A model generated the notes under the pieces. The model was not told the origin of the DNA. It made no database searches and saw only the letters and a list, made by a program, of their open reading frames with translations. Shown here piece by piece: positions 54,519 to 63,184 of a stretch of DNA of 64,000 nt (within the stretch, counting starts at the first letter, position 1; each line of letters starts with the position of its first letter). The position numbers and the translations under genes are program-made. The stretch spans positions 9,768-73,767 of the forward strand of contig JAKEER010000295.1 in the NCBI GenBank assembly GCA_022616615.1. The letters are read 5' to 3'. The DNA comes from Acidobacteriota bacterium (GTDB taxonomy: Bacteria > Acidobacteriota > Terriglobia > Versatilivoradales > Versatilivoraceae).

Positions 54519-55454
54519 ATGGCCAGTTTGGAGAGTGAGTCGATCCACTTGCCTGTTCTGTTGGATGAGGTGCTGGGCTTCCTACAGCCGGAGCGGGGTG
54601 GCTTCTTTATTGATGCCACGGTCGGTTTGGGTGGGCATGCCAAGGCTCTCCTGGGTGCTGGGGAACAGTCCGAGCTCCTCGGCATCGACCGCGATGCGGA
54701 GGCATTGATCCGGGCCAATGAGCGGTTGGCTCATTTTCAGGGGCGCTATCACTTGGTGCACGCCAATTTTTCCGAGATCGGCGACATTGCCGTCCAGAAA
54801 AGGATTGAGAGTTGTCAGGGAATTCTGGCGGATTTGGGAGTGTCATCCCTGCAGTTCGACTCATCCGACAGAGGTTTCAGCTTCCAGAGGGAGGGTCCGC
54901 TGGACATGAGGATGGATCGTGAGGCTGAGCTGACCGCTGGCGAAGTGGTGAATCATTATTCTGAAAGAGATCTGGCGAACCTCATTTTTAACTATGGCGA
55001 GGAGCACCGATCTCGAAGCATCGCGCGGGCGATTGTGGCATCCCGGCCGATTCACAGCACGAAGGTGTTGGCTGAGGTTGTTGCCAGAGCCGTCCATGCT
55101 CGGGGTTACCAGCGAATCCACCCGGCGACGCGCACGTTTCAAGCGCTCAGGATTTTCGTCAACAATGAGCTGAGCCGCATTCCAATGTTTATCTGGTCAG
55201 CGGTTGGTTTGCTTTGCAGCGGCGGGCGGCTGGCCATTATCAGTTTTCACTCGCTTGAAGACCGGGCGGTAAAGGAGACGTTGCGTTCGCTCAGTCAAGC
55301 TTGCACCTGCCCCCCAGGCATTTCCCAATGCCAATGCGGGCAGAAGAAGCTGTTGAAGTTGTTGACTAAGAAGCCGGCTGTGCCATCCGAAGCCGAGATC
55401 AGCCGGAACCCTAGAGCTCGCAGCGCCAAGCTGCGTGTGGCGGAGAGGATATAA
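54519..55454 (+). CDS. rsmH: 16S rRNA (cytosine1402-N4)-methyltransferase RsmH
   Basis: HLPVLLDEVLGFL...FIDATVGLGGHA...GILADLGVSSLQFD...ISFHSLEDR...NPRARSAKLRVAE. The start was moved to ATG 54519. Confidence 0.95.
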   Translation: MASLESESIHLPVLLDEVLGFLQPERGGFFIDATVGLGGHAKALLGAGEQSELLGIDRDAEALIRANERLAHFQGRYHLVHANFSEIGDIAVQKRIESCQGILADLGVSSLQFDSSDRGFSFQREGPLDMRMDREAELTAGEVVNHYSERDLANLIFNYGEEHRSRSIARAIVASRPIHSTKVLAEVVARAVHARGYQRIHPATRTFQALRIFVNNELSRIPMFIWSAVGLLCSGGRLAIISFHSLEDRAVKETLRSLSQACTCPPGISQCQCGQKKLLKLLTKKPAVPSEAEISRNPRARSAKLRVAERI

Positions 55455-55775
55455 CTATGGTCTCTCGCAAATGGCTTTACAGCTATCGGATACTCACTGC
55501 CAGGCTGCGCGAGGGGGCAGATGCGCCGTCGCCTCTTGCAAACAGCTTAACCGCGTCTTCTCACCAGCATCCCCTCTCCCTAAACGCCGAGCTGAGTGAG
55601 AACGACCCCAAGAAAACGGCTTCCTTGCTGACTGCCGGGGCAGAGAGGTGAACGTTGAAAGCCCTTCTCACATGGTTGCGGAGGCTGAGTGAGAGGTGTT
55701 TGCTGCCAGGACAAGCGGCATTGAACTTTGTTTGTCACATTTGGATTAGGTTGTTTTAGTAGTCAGACCAATAGT

Positions 55776-55825
55776 GAGCGGACACAACTTGTGTATGTCC
55801 GCTCCCCTCGCCCCGTTTGGGGAGA
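55776..55825. repeat. REP-like element copy B plus an adjacent 9-bp hairpin, in the rsmH/ftsL spacer
   Basis: gagcggaca...tgtccgctc forms the hairpin. gtccgctcccctcgccccgtttggggag (55798-55825) matches the reverse complement of 48127-48157. Confidence 0.85.
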
Positions 55826-55956
55826 GGCGTCGGGGATTGAGGGTTGGATTGAGGGGCGCTTATTCTGCCCTCGCAGTGTCCCCTACTTCTGTACTCATCA
55901 ATAAGAGCTCTTGACCAGCGCGCTGCGAGCAAGTCTTGGTCGAATGAGGAGGCACC

Positions 55957-56382
55957 ATGACGGAGATCTACATTGTTAGGCAGATTGACAATACCCGGCT
56001 GACCAAGGAAGTCGACTACCGGCGGACGAAGGAGTGCCTGTGGCTGATGTCCCTGGGCTTTTTCTGCCTCCTCATTTTTTTGTTTCTGGCGTGGCAGCAG
56101 TTCGAAGTCATTCGGGACGGGTACGAGGGCGAGGTGCTAAAGAAGGAAGCCACTCAACTGTCTGAAGAAAATCACCAACTGATATTGGAGCGCGCCTCGC
56201 TGCGCAGCCCCCAGCGAATTGACTTGATTGCCAAAAAGAAACTCGGACTCATTGCGCCGGCGCATGACCAGATTGTTGTTCTCTCAACGCCATTTCCCAC
56301 CGAGCCACCGGCGACTCTGGTGGCCAGGTCGGACAAGACAACCAGCGAGCCAGGCTTGGCCAAGCTGGCTGTCGTCCGGTAA
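55957..56382 (+). CDS. ftsL: Cell division protein FtsL
   Basis: 141 aa with a single TM helix (LWLMSLGFFCLLIFLFLAW) followed by a coiled coil. It lies between rsmH and ftsI. Confidence 0.75.
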   Translation: MTEIYIVRQIDNTRLTKEVDYRRTKECLWLMSLGFFCLLIFLFLAWQQFEVIRDGYEGEVLKKEATQLSEENHQLILERASLRSPQRIDLIAKKKLGLIAPAHDQIVVLSTPFPTEPPATLVARSDKTTSEPGLAKLAVVR

Positions 56383-56451
56383 TGCCGCGCTCTGTCTTCT
56401 CTGGGCACAGTTTACAAGCATCCGGCCGTTCCCTCCAATGGGTGTGCACCC

Positions 56452-58515
56452 ATGTCTGCCAAACCCAAGGATTCCTTCCCAGCGAGAATCTTCGTTCTCA
56501 GCAGCCTTTTTTTGATCTGGTCCTTCCTGCTGGTTTTCAGGCTCGTTCATTTGCAAATCTTCCAGTATGCAGAGCTGAGCGCGAAGGCCCGGCGCCAGCA
56601 GAGCCGCTCCTTCGAGATTAGCCCTCAGCGAGGCACGATTTACGACCGTCACGGGCGGGAACTCGCCGTCAGTGTCAGCGTCGATTCTGTCTATGCGATC
56701 TCATCTGAGATCTCCGACAAGAAGCAGGCGGCGGATCAGCTTGCCCGCGTCCTTACCCTGAAGCGGCAGGATGTTCTCGCCAAACTGAAAGCTACCCGCG
56801 GCTTCATCTGGCTCAAGCGCAAAGTCGACTATTCCGAAGTAGCCAAGGTCAAGGCCTTGGAGATACGTGGCGTTTACTTCGAAAAGGAAAGCAAGCGGTT
56901 CTATCCGAACCGCGAGCTGGCGGCTCATGTCCTGGGCTACGTAGGCATGGATAATGAAGGGCTCAGCGGGCTCGAGTTTGCGTATCAGAAGCAGATCGGT
57001 GGTTCGCCCGGCCGGGTTTTGCTGCTCTCGGATGCGCGGCAGCGTTCTTTTAGCAGTGTCGAAAAGGCGCCGGACCCAGGTGAAGATCTGGTGCTCACAA
57101 TCGATCAAACACTGCAGTATCTCGCAGAGCAGGAACTGGCAGCGCAGGTGCGGAAATCCAATGCGCTGGGAGGCACGGTGATTGTGATGGAGCCGAACTC
57201 CGGCGACGTCCTGGCCATGGCGAGCTACCCGGCGTTCAATCCGAACCATTATGCTAAGTATTCTCCCGAGCACTGGAAGAATCGTGCCATTCTCTCGATC
57301 TATGAGCCGGGTTCGACGTTCAAGATCTTCACTGCCGCCACTGCGCTCGAAGAGCGCCTCGCCAAGCCGGACGAGCCTATTGACTGCCTGAACGGGGCGA
57401 TTGTCGTGGGGAAGCATCGAATTCGGGATCACAAGCCCTATGGTGTTCTTCCCGTGCGCGAAGTGGTGGCCTACTCCAGCAACGTGGGCGCGGTGCAACT
57501 GGGTTTTCGCATCGGCAAAGAACGCTTCGAGAAATACATCCGCTCCTTCGGCTTCGGCGCACCCACGGCTGTGGATTTGCCAGGCGAGGCCAAGGGCTTG
57601 TTGCGCCCATCTTCCCAGTGGCCCACTGTGACGCTGGCCAACATCGCTATGGGGCAGGGCATTGGCGTGACACCGATGCAGTTGGTCACGGCCGTCAGTT
57701 CTATTGCCAATGGGGGCTATCGCGTCAGGCCTCGGATTGTGCGGCGCACGCGGTCGGGTGCGGTGGAAAAGGTGAGTTTTAAACCCGAGAGTGGGCGCAG
57801 CCGCATCCTCAGCAGTCGAACAGCATCGGAACTCACCGAAATGCTCACCGGCGTCGTGAAGCGCGGAACCGCCAAAAGCTCGCAACTGGAAGGCTTCAGT
57901 GCCGCCGGAAAAACGGGCACGGCCCAGAAGATTGATCCGAATGGGCGGTATTCCCATTCGCGCTTTATCGCCTCCTTTGTGGGGTTTGCGCCTGCCGAGC
58001 GCCCCGCGCTGGCAATGGTCGTGACCATTGACGAGCCGCGCGGTCGCTACTATGGTGGAGAAGTGGCGGCGCCCGTTTTCAGGAATATCGCGGAGCAGGC
58101 GTTGCGCTACCTAGCCGTCTCTCCAGACCAGGAACTGACCCCGGTTCAGTTGGCCAGAAGACGCCAATTGCAAGCTTCCATTCCAGACCTGGCGCACGAC
58201 CAGTTTGAACCCATGAACGCCAATTGGGAAGGCGAAGCGGACGAAACACCGGCGGCGCAACAAGAGGGCGTGCCGCTTTCTCCCGCCCCGCCTGCGGCTG
58301 AGCCGGACGCGGCGGTCAGCCTCAGCGAAGCGGCGACGATCGAAGTGCCCGATCTTCGGGGAAGGTCTCTGCGAACGGCAATCACGGAGGTCTCCAAGCT
58401 GGGCTTGCAGTTGGGCGCCTTTGGTTCTGGCCTCGTTGTTGAACAGTCGCCAGAGCCCGCTTCGAAAGTGGAGCCGGGATCGAAAGTAATGATCAAGCTG
58501 AGCCGGCGGTTGTAG
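56452..58515 (+). CDS. ftsI: Peptidoglycan D,D-transpeptidase FtsI (class B PBP) with a C-terminal PASTA domain
   Basis: 687 aa with a TM anchor, a PBP dimerisation domain, the SxxK motif (STFK), SSN and KTGT motifs, and a C-terminal PASTA-like VPDLRGRSLRTAITEV... Confidence 0.9.
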   Translation: MSAKPKDSFPARIFVLSSLFLIWSFLLVFRLVHLQIFQYAELSAKARRQQSRSFEISPQRGTIYDRHGRELAVSVSVDSVYAISSEISDKKQAADQLARVLTLKRQDVLAKLKATRGFIWLKRKVDYSEVAKVKALEIRGVYFEKESKRFYPNRELAAHVLGYVGMDNEGLSGLEFAYQKQIGGSPGRVLLLSDARQRSFSSVEKAPDPGEDLVLTIDQTLQYLAEQELAAQVRKSNALGGTVIVMEPNSGDVLAMASYPAFNPNHYAKYSPEHWKNRAILSIYEPGSTFKIFTAATALEERLAKPDEPIDCLNGAIVVGKHRIRDHKPYGVLPVREVVAYSSNVGAVQLGFRIGKERFEKYIRSFGFGAPTAVDLPGEAKGLLRPSSQWPTVTLANIAMGQGIGVTPMQLVTAVSSIANGGYRVRPRIVRRTRSGAVEKVSFKPESGRSRILSSRTASELTEMLTGVVKRGTAKSSQLEGFSAAGKTGTAQKIDPNGRYSHSRFIASFVGFAPAERPALAMVVTIDEPRGRYYGGEVAAPVFRNIAEQALRYLAVSPDQELTPVQLARRRQLQASIPDLAHDQFEPMNANWEGEADETPAAQQEGVPLSPAPPAAEPDAAVSLSEAATIEVPDLRGRSLRTAITEVSKLGLQLGAFGSGLVVEQSPEPASKVEPGSKVMIKLSRRL

Positions 58516-58568
58516 GATCTGAAGTGAGGCCAGAGATTTGTCCCCCTGGAGCTGTGAAAAAATTCAGT

Positions 58569-58770
58569 GGTAGGGACGCGCTGCTCCGCGTCCCTACCGG
58601 ATCACGTTTATGCGTCCAATCGAATTTTTTCCCACCTCCCCTTGGCAAGGTGGACTACAGGGGGTGTGCTACGAACTAATGAAGACTCCCTGCCGCAAAA
58701 AAAGCGGCGTCCCCCTTGGAAAAGGGGGACAAATGTAAAACTCCCAATCCCCTCCTCATCTGAGGAGGGG
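58569..58770. repeat. Cluster of four unrelated perfect hairpins in the ftsI/murE spacer
   Basis: ggtagggacgcg-ctgctc-cgcgtccctacc (58569-58598, 12 bp), gccgc-aaaaaaa-gcggc (58692-58708), gtccccctt-ggaa-aagggggac (58709-58730, 9 bp) and cccctcctca-tc-tgaggagggg (58749-58770, 10 bp). Confidence 0.9.
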
Positions 58771-58784
58771 CATAGTAGCCTTCC

Positions 58785-60257
58785 ATGCAGCTTTCACAGT
58801 TACTTCAAGATGTTGCACCCATTTCCGATGCGAGTTTTCGAAATGTTGAAATCCACGGCCTCGCCTATGATTCCAGGAAGGTGGGATCAGGTTATCTTTT
58901 CGTGGCAATCAAAGGAGAAAAGACGGACGGCAATTTTTTTACCGCTCAGGCCATGGAACGAGGCGCCGCGGCGATCCTTTCGGAAAACAGCGCCCCTGCG
59001 GGGTTCAGCGGTTGCTGGATTCAGGTGGGCAACGCCCGTCAGGCACTGGCCAAGGCCGCTGCCAGCTTTTACCAGAATCCCACCAGGGCGTTTGAACTGA
59101 TTGGAATCACCGGCACCAACGGGAAAACTTCAACCGCCTATCTCATCGAGTCGATCCTGCGGGCAGCGGGCGCGCGGGTGGGTGTGATTAGCACCATTGA
59201 GTATCGCGGGCCGGAAGGCAAGAGGGCTGCCGAGCGGACGACTCCAGAAAGTCTGGATCTGCAAGCGCTGTTCGCAAAATTTGTTGAGCAGCGCTGCCGC
59301 TTTATCGTCATGGAGGTGTCGTCGCACGCGCTCGACATGGAGCGTGCGCACTTCTGCCAGTTCCGGACCGCCGTTTTCACGAACCTGACGCAAGATCACC
59401 TGGACTATCATCACACGCTGGAGAATTATTTTCTTGCCAAGCAGCGGCTCTTTCTGGGAACCGGCTTGAAGCCTCCGGCCCAGTCAGTGATCAACCGCGA
59501 TGACCCGTACGGAGCCAGTCTCGAGCTGATCTGCGCGGGTCGCTGCCTTACCTATTCCACGGCGATGAGCGCTGATTTTCAGATTCTGGATTCGCGGCTG
59601 GAGAAGGCTGGCCTGTGGGTTCGGCTCAGAACTCCGGAGGCTATCCTGGAGATACAGACACGGTTGATGGGCAGACCTAACCTGTCGAATACCCTGGCAG
59701 CGGTGGCGGTGGCCTGGGACCTGGGCATTGAACCTGCTGCGATCCAGCGGGGCATTGAAAGCTGTGCGCCCATCCCGGGGCGGTTCGAGTGGATTGACTG
59801 CGGGCAGCCGTTCCACGTGTTTGTCGATTACGCACACACGCCCGATGCGCTGGAGAAGCTGTTGCTAACGACGCGCGAACTCAGGCCGAAACGCCTGCTG
59901 GTCTTATTCGGCTGTGGCGGGGAACGCGACCGCGCCAAGCGCCCCGCCATGGCCCGGATCGCCGAATCGCTGGCCGATTTTTGCTGGATCACCTCCGACA
60001 ATCCGCGCAATGAAGATCCGATGCAAATCCTTGCCGAGATCGAAAGTGGTTTCCAAGCTCGCCCAGTGCGCTACCAGCTGGAGCCCGATCGCCGAACGGC
60101 GATTCGAGAAGCTCTTCGCCAGGCGCAGCCGGGCGACGCGGTCGTCATCGCTGGCAAGGGTCACGAGACCTATCAGGTACGGGCCGATCGCACCGTTCAC
60201 TTTGACGATCGGGAGGAGGTCCGGCAGGCCCTCGGCGAGCTGGGGTTTTCGTCATGA
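58785..60257 (+). CDS. murE: UDP-N-acetylmuramoyl-L-alanyl-D-glutamate--2,6-diaminopimelate ligase
   Basis: 490 aa with GITGTNGKTST and the DNPR motif (ITSDNPRNEDP), which indicates meso-DAP specificity. Confidence 0.95.
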   Translation: MQLSQLLQDVAPISDASFRNVEIHGLAYDSRKVGSGYLFVAIKGEKTDGNFFTAQAMERGAAAILSENSAPAGFSGCWIQVGNARQALAKAAASFYQNPTRAFELIGITGTNGKTSTAYLIESILRAAGARVGVISTIEYRGPEGKRAAERTTPESLDLQALFAKFVEQRCRFIVMEVSSHALDMERAHFCQFRTAVFTNLTQDHLDYHHTLENYFLAKQRLFLGTGLKPPAQSVINRDDPYGASLELICAGRCLTYSTAMSADFQILDSRLEKAGLWVRLRTPEAILEIQTRLMGRPNLSNTLAAVAVAWDLGIEPAAIQRGIESCAPIPGRFEWIDCGQPFHVFVDYAHTPDALEKLLLTTRELRPKRLLVLFGCGGERDRAKRPAMARIAESLADFCWITSDNPRNEDPMQILAEIESGFQARPVRYQLEPDRRTAIREALRQAQPGDAVVIAGKGHETYQVRADRTVHFDDREEVRQALGELGFSS

Positions 60258-61654
60258 AGCTCAATGCCAAGGAGATCGCCAGTGCCGTGCAGGCGCAGCG
60301 TCTCAATGCTAGCGGCGCCATCATACCGGCGGGCTACTCGATCGATTCCCGAACGCTTGGCACTGGGGAGTGCTTCATTGCCATCCACGGGCCCAACTTC
60401 GATGGGCACGAATTCATTGCCGCAGCCTTGAAGCAGGGCGCCGCCCTCGTCATCGCTAGTTCGGAAACCAAGGTCCCGACAGAGGTCGACTGGCCGGTGA
60501 TTTTTGTCGACGACACGCTGGCTGCTCTGCAACGTCTTGGTAGATACGCGCGCCGCAAGTGGGGCAAAACAGTGATTGGCATCACCGGCAGCACCGGCAA
60601 AACAACCACGAAGGAGATTGCGAGTCTCCTGCTGCAGGCGCACTTCCGGGTCTTCAAGTCGGCTGGCAATTTCAATAACGACTTTGGGCTGCCACTTTCC
60701 ATTTTGAAGCTAGCCGAGGAACACGAGATCGCGGTGCTCGAGCTGGGCATGTCCCGCGCGGGTGAAATTGAGCGGCTGAGCGGGATCGCTAAACCCAACA
60801 TCGGTGTCGTCACCAACGTCCTCCCGGTGCACCTTGAGAATTTCCGTTCGATGCAAGGCGTCGCTCTGGCCAAGCGCGAGCTGATCGAGAGCCTGCCTGC
60901 AGGCGGAGTGGCCGTTCTAAACAATGACGACAGGCGGGTGCGCAAGTTTGGACGGGTGTTCCCAGGCAAAGTGCTAACCTTTGGCGTCGAAGCGGCTGCG
61001 GCCTACCGTGCCAGTGAGATTCGTTCTCTCGGTCTGGAGGGCCAGGAGTTCCGGCTGGACTACAAGGCGCAAGGGCACCGGCTACAGTTGCCGCTGATCG
61101 GCGAGCACAACGTCCACAATGCGCTTCCGGCGATCGCCGTGGCGCATCACTTGGGCGTCGGTTTTGAAACCATCCGCCAGAGCCTGCGCGCCCTCAGGCC
61201 GGCGCCCGGCCGCGGCGAGCTGCTGCGGTTTTGCGATGGTTTTGCCGTTTTGAACGACAGCTACAATTCGAACCCTGCAGCCCTGGAGGCAGTGATTGGA
61301 TTCTTGAAGGCGCTCGCCGGATTCAAGCGAAAGATCCTGGTTGCCGGGGAGATGCTGGAGCTTGGGCCTAAGGCCGAGCAGTTCCATCGGGATTGCGGCA
61401 GGCTGGCAGCTTCAGCCAGAGTTGACCGGATCGTTGGCGTGCGCGGGCTGGCCGAGTTCATCACGCGGGCCGCCCAGGAAGAAGGCCGCTCGGCTACCGA
61501 GACACCGTTCTTCGCAGATGCTGCCGCAGCGGGTGAGTGGCTCACGCGTGAAGTCATGGCTGGCGACTTTGTGGTGGTGAAGGGATCGCGAGGGGTCAGA
61601 ACCGAGAAGGTCATCGAGATTCTGAGGCGAGATCACGCTTTGGCGGGGAATTGA
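60254..61654 (+). CDS. murF: UDP-N-acetylmuramoyl-tripeptide--D-alanyl-D-alanine ligase
   Basis: 466 aa. GITGSTGKTTTKE, ELGMSRAGEI and DSYNSNP are present. A 4-bp overlap with murE. Confidence 0.95.
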   Translation: MKLNAKEIASAVQAQRLNASGAIIPAGYSIDSRTLGTGECFIAIHGPNFDGHEFIAAALKQGAALVIASSETKVPTEVDWPVIFVDDTLAALQRLGRYARRKWGKTVIGITGSTGKTTTKEIASLLLQAHFRVFKSAGNFNNDFGLPLSILKLAEEHEIAVLELGMSRAGEIERLSGIAKPNIGVVTNVLPVHLENFRSMQGVALAKRELIESLPAGGVAVLNNDDRRVRKFGRVFPGKVLTFGVEAAAAYRASEIRSLGLEGQEFRLDYKAQGHRLQLPLIGEHNVHNALPAIAVAHHLGVGFETIRQSLRALRPAPGRGELLRFCDGFAVLNDSYNSNPAALEAVIGFLKALAGFKRKILVAGEMLELGPKAEQFHRDCGRLAASARVDRIVGVRGLAEFITRAAQEEGRSATETPFFADAAAAGEWLTREVMAGDFVVVKGSRGVRTEKVIEILRRDHALAGN

Positions 61655-61687
61655 GAAACAACCTCGGCCAGGAGCCAGAAGCGATTC

Positions 61688-61810
61688 GTCATTGGTCATC
61701 TGACATTTTTCATCGCGCTCGGTCTGTACTGGACTGGCCACAGAAGCTCTGCTGGTTGCTGCGCCTTGCGATGACCAATGACACATGACCAATGACCAAT
61801 GAGAAATGAC
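61688..61810. repeat. Heptamer-word inverted repeat in the murF/mraY spacer (TGACCAA words)
   Basis: The left arm is gtcattggtcatctgacatttttcatcgc (61688-61716). The right arm reads gcgatga|ccaatga|cacatga|ccaatga|ccaatga|gaaatga|c (61768-61810). gtcattggtcat/atgaccaatgac are 12 bp and perfect. Confidence 0.9.
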
Positions 61811-61875
61811 TTTTGAGTTTGGATCGCAGGCTCCACGGCGCACCTCTGATAGGGTGCTGCACAGAACGAGGCGGA

Positions 61876-63018
61876 ATGCTCTACCACTTGCTGTATGAAT
61901 GGCTGTATCGGACCAATCCGAGCTACTCGGTGCTGAATGTTTTTCAATACGTCACGTTTCGCACAGCCTATGCAAGTTTGACGGCGCTGGCACTCGGCTT
62001 GATCATGGGGCCATGGCTCATCCACCGGCTGCAGCTCTTCCAAATCGGGCAGCAGATTCGCGAGGAAGGTCCGTCGCACCATCAGGTGAAGGCCGGGACG
62101 CCGACGATGGGCGGCATTTTGATCGTGGTCAGCACCGTGCTACCTACATTCCTGTGGGCCGATCTCACCAACTCTTTCACTTGGGTCGTGCTGGTTTCCA
62201 TCGTCGGATTTGGCGCCATTGGTTTTGCGGACGACTACATCAAAATCGTTAAGAGAAGAAGTCTCGGGCTCACGGGAAGGACGAAACTTGTGCTGCAGTT
62301 CAGTTTGAGCTTTGCTATCGGTTTGGCGCTCGTGTGGATGAGCGCAGCCAGGCTGTATAAGACGAACCTCATCGTTCCGTTCTTCAAACAGTTCACTCCC
62401 AGCTTGATTCTGGAAGGCTTCCTGAGTTCGCCTTACTTGTATTTGGTAGCGTTTCTGCCGTTCCTGATTTTCATTTCCATTGTGATTGTGGGATCGTCGA
62501 ACACCGTGAACCTCACCGATGGGCTGGACGGACTGGCCATTGGATGCGTCATCATTGCCAGTTCCGCGCTCACTGTCCTCACGTACGTCACGGGCCACGC
62601 CCGGTTTGCGAGCTATCTGGATATTCAGCATTTGCCGCAAGTTTCCGAGGTAACGATTTTCTGCGGCGCGCTGGTTGGGGCCTCGCTGGGGTTTCTCTGG
62701 TACAACTGTCACCCTGCCGAGGTCTTTATGGGAGATGTGGGGTCGCTGGCGCTCGGTGGCGCCATCGGAACCATTGCCGTACTCATCAAGCAGGAGATTT
62801 TGCTGGTCGCCATCGGCGGCGTTTTCGTGGCCGAGGGTTTGTCAGTAATGATTCAGGTGGCTTCATTCAAGCTGCGAGGTAAGCGGGTCTTCAAGATGGC
62901 GCCATTACACCATCACTTTGAGCTGCTGGGTTGGAAGGAAACCAAGGTGGTGGTTCGCTTTTGGATTGGGGCCCTCATCTTTGCGCTGTTCAGCTTGACG
63001 ACGCTGAAGCTGAGGTAG
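61876..63018 (+). CDS. mraY: Phospho-N-acetylmuramoyl-pentapeptide transferase
   Basis: 380 aa from ATG 61876. [30 protein letters not shown] and APLHHHFE are present. Confidence 0.95.
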   Translation: MLYHLLYEWLYRTNPSYSVLNVFQYVTFRTAYASLTALALGLIMGPWLIHRLQLFQIGQQIREEGPSHHQVKAGTPTMGGILIVVSTVLPTFLWADLTNSFTWVVLVSIVGFGAIGFADDYIKIVKRRSLGLTGRTKLVLQFSLSFAIGLALVWMSAARLYKTNLIVPFFKQFTPSLILEGFLSSPYLYLVAFLPFLIFISIVIVGSSNTVNLTDGLDGLAIGCVIIASSALTVLTYVTGHARFASYLDIQHLPQVSEVTIFCGALVGASLGFLWYNCHPAEVFMGDVGSLALGGAIGTIAVLIKQEILLVAIGGVFVAEGLSVMIQVASFKLRGKRVFKMAPLHHHFELLGWKETKVVVRFWIGALIFALFSLTTLKLR

Positions 63019-63021
63019 AAA

Positions 63022-63163
63022 ACGAGGATAGAAGATTGAAGATAGAGGATAGAAGATAGAGATAGAGATAGAGGATTGAGGATTGAGGATTGAGGATTGA
63101 CGCGATGACACGCCTCCCTTAACCCTCAATTCTCGATCTTCAATCCTCCATCCTCCATCTTCA
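63022..63163. repeat. Heptamer-word inverted repeat in the mraY/murD spacer, including 4 perfect tandem GAGGATT units
   Basis: The left arm reads ...tagaaga|ttgaaga|tagagga|tagaaga|tagagat|agagata|gaggatt x4 (63071-63098). The right arm reads cctcaat|tctcgat|cttcaat|cctccat|cctccat|cttcagt (63123-63163), complementary words. Confidence 0.9.
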
Positions 63164-63184
63164 GTCTGAATCCAGGGCTTCAGG

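Noticed and set aside
55457-55651. A 64-aa ORF immediately after rsmH as a real gene.
   Set aside because: There is no RBS, no recognisable family and a low-complexity composition. It lies in a repeat-rich spacer. It cannot be excluded, but it is unsupported.
63022-63100. CRISPR array or coding low-complexity repeat for the tandem heptamer arrays, also at 27464-27492 and 61768-61810.
   Set aside because: The period is 7 nt with no spacers, far too short for CRISPR. A 7-nt period is not a multiple of 3, so it cannot encode a repeat protein. The arrays lie in intergenic spacers.
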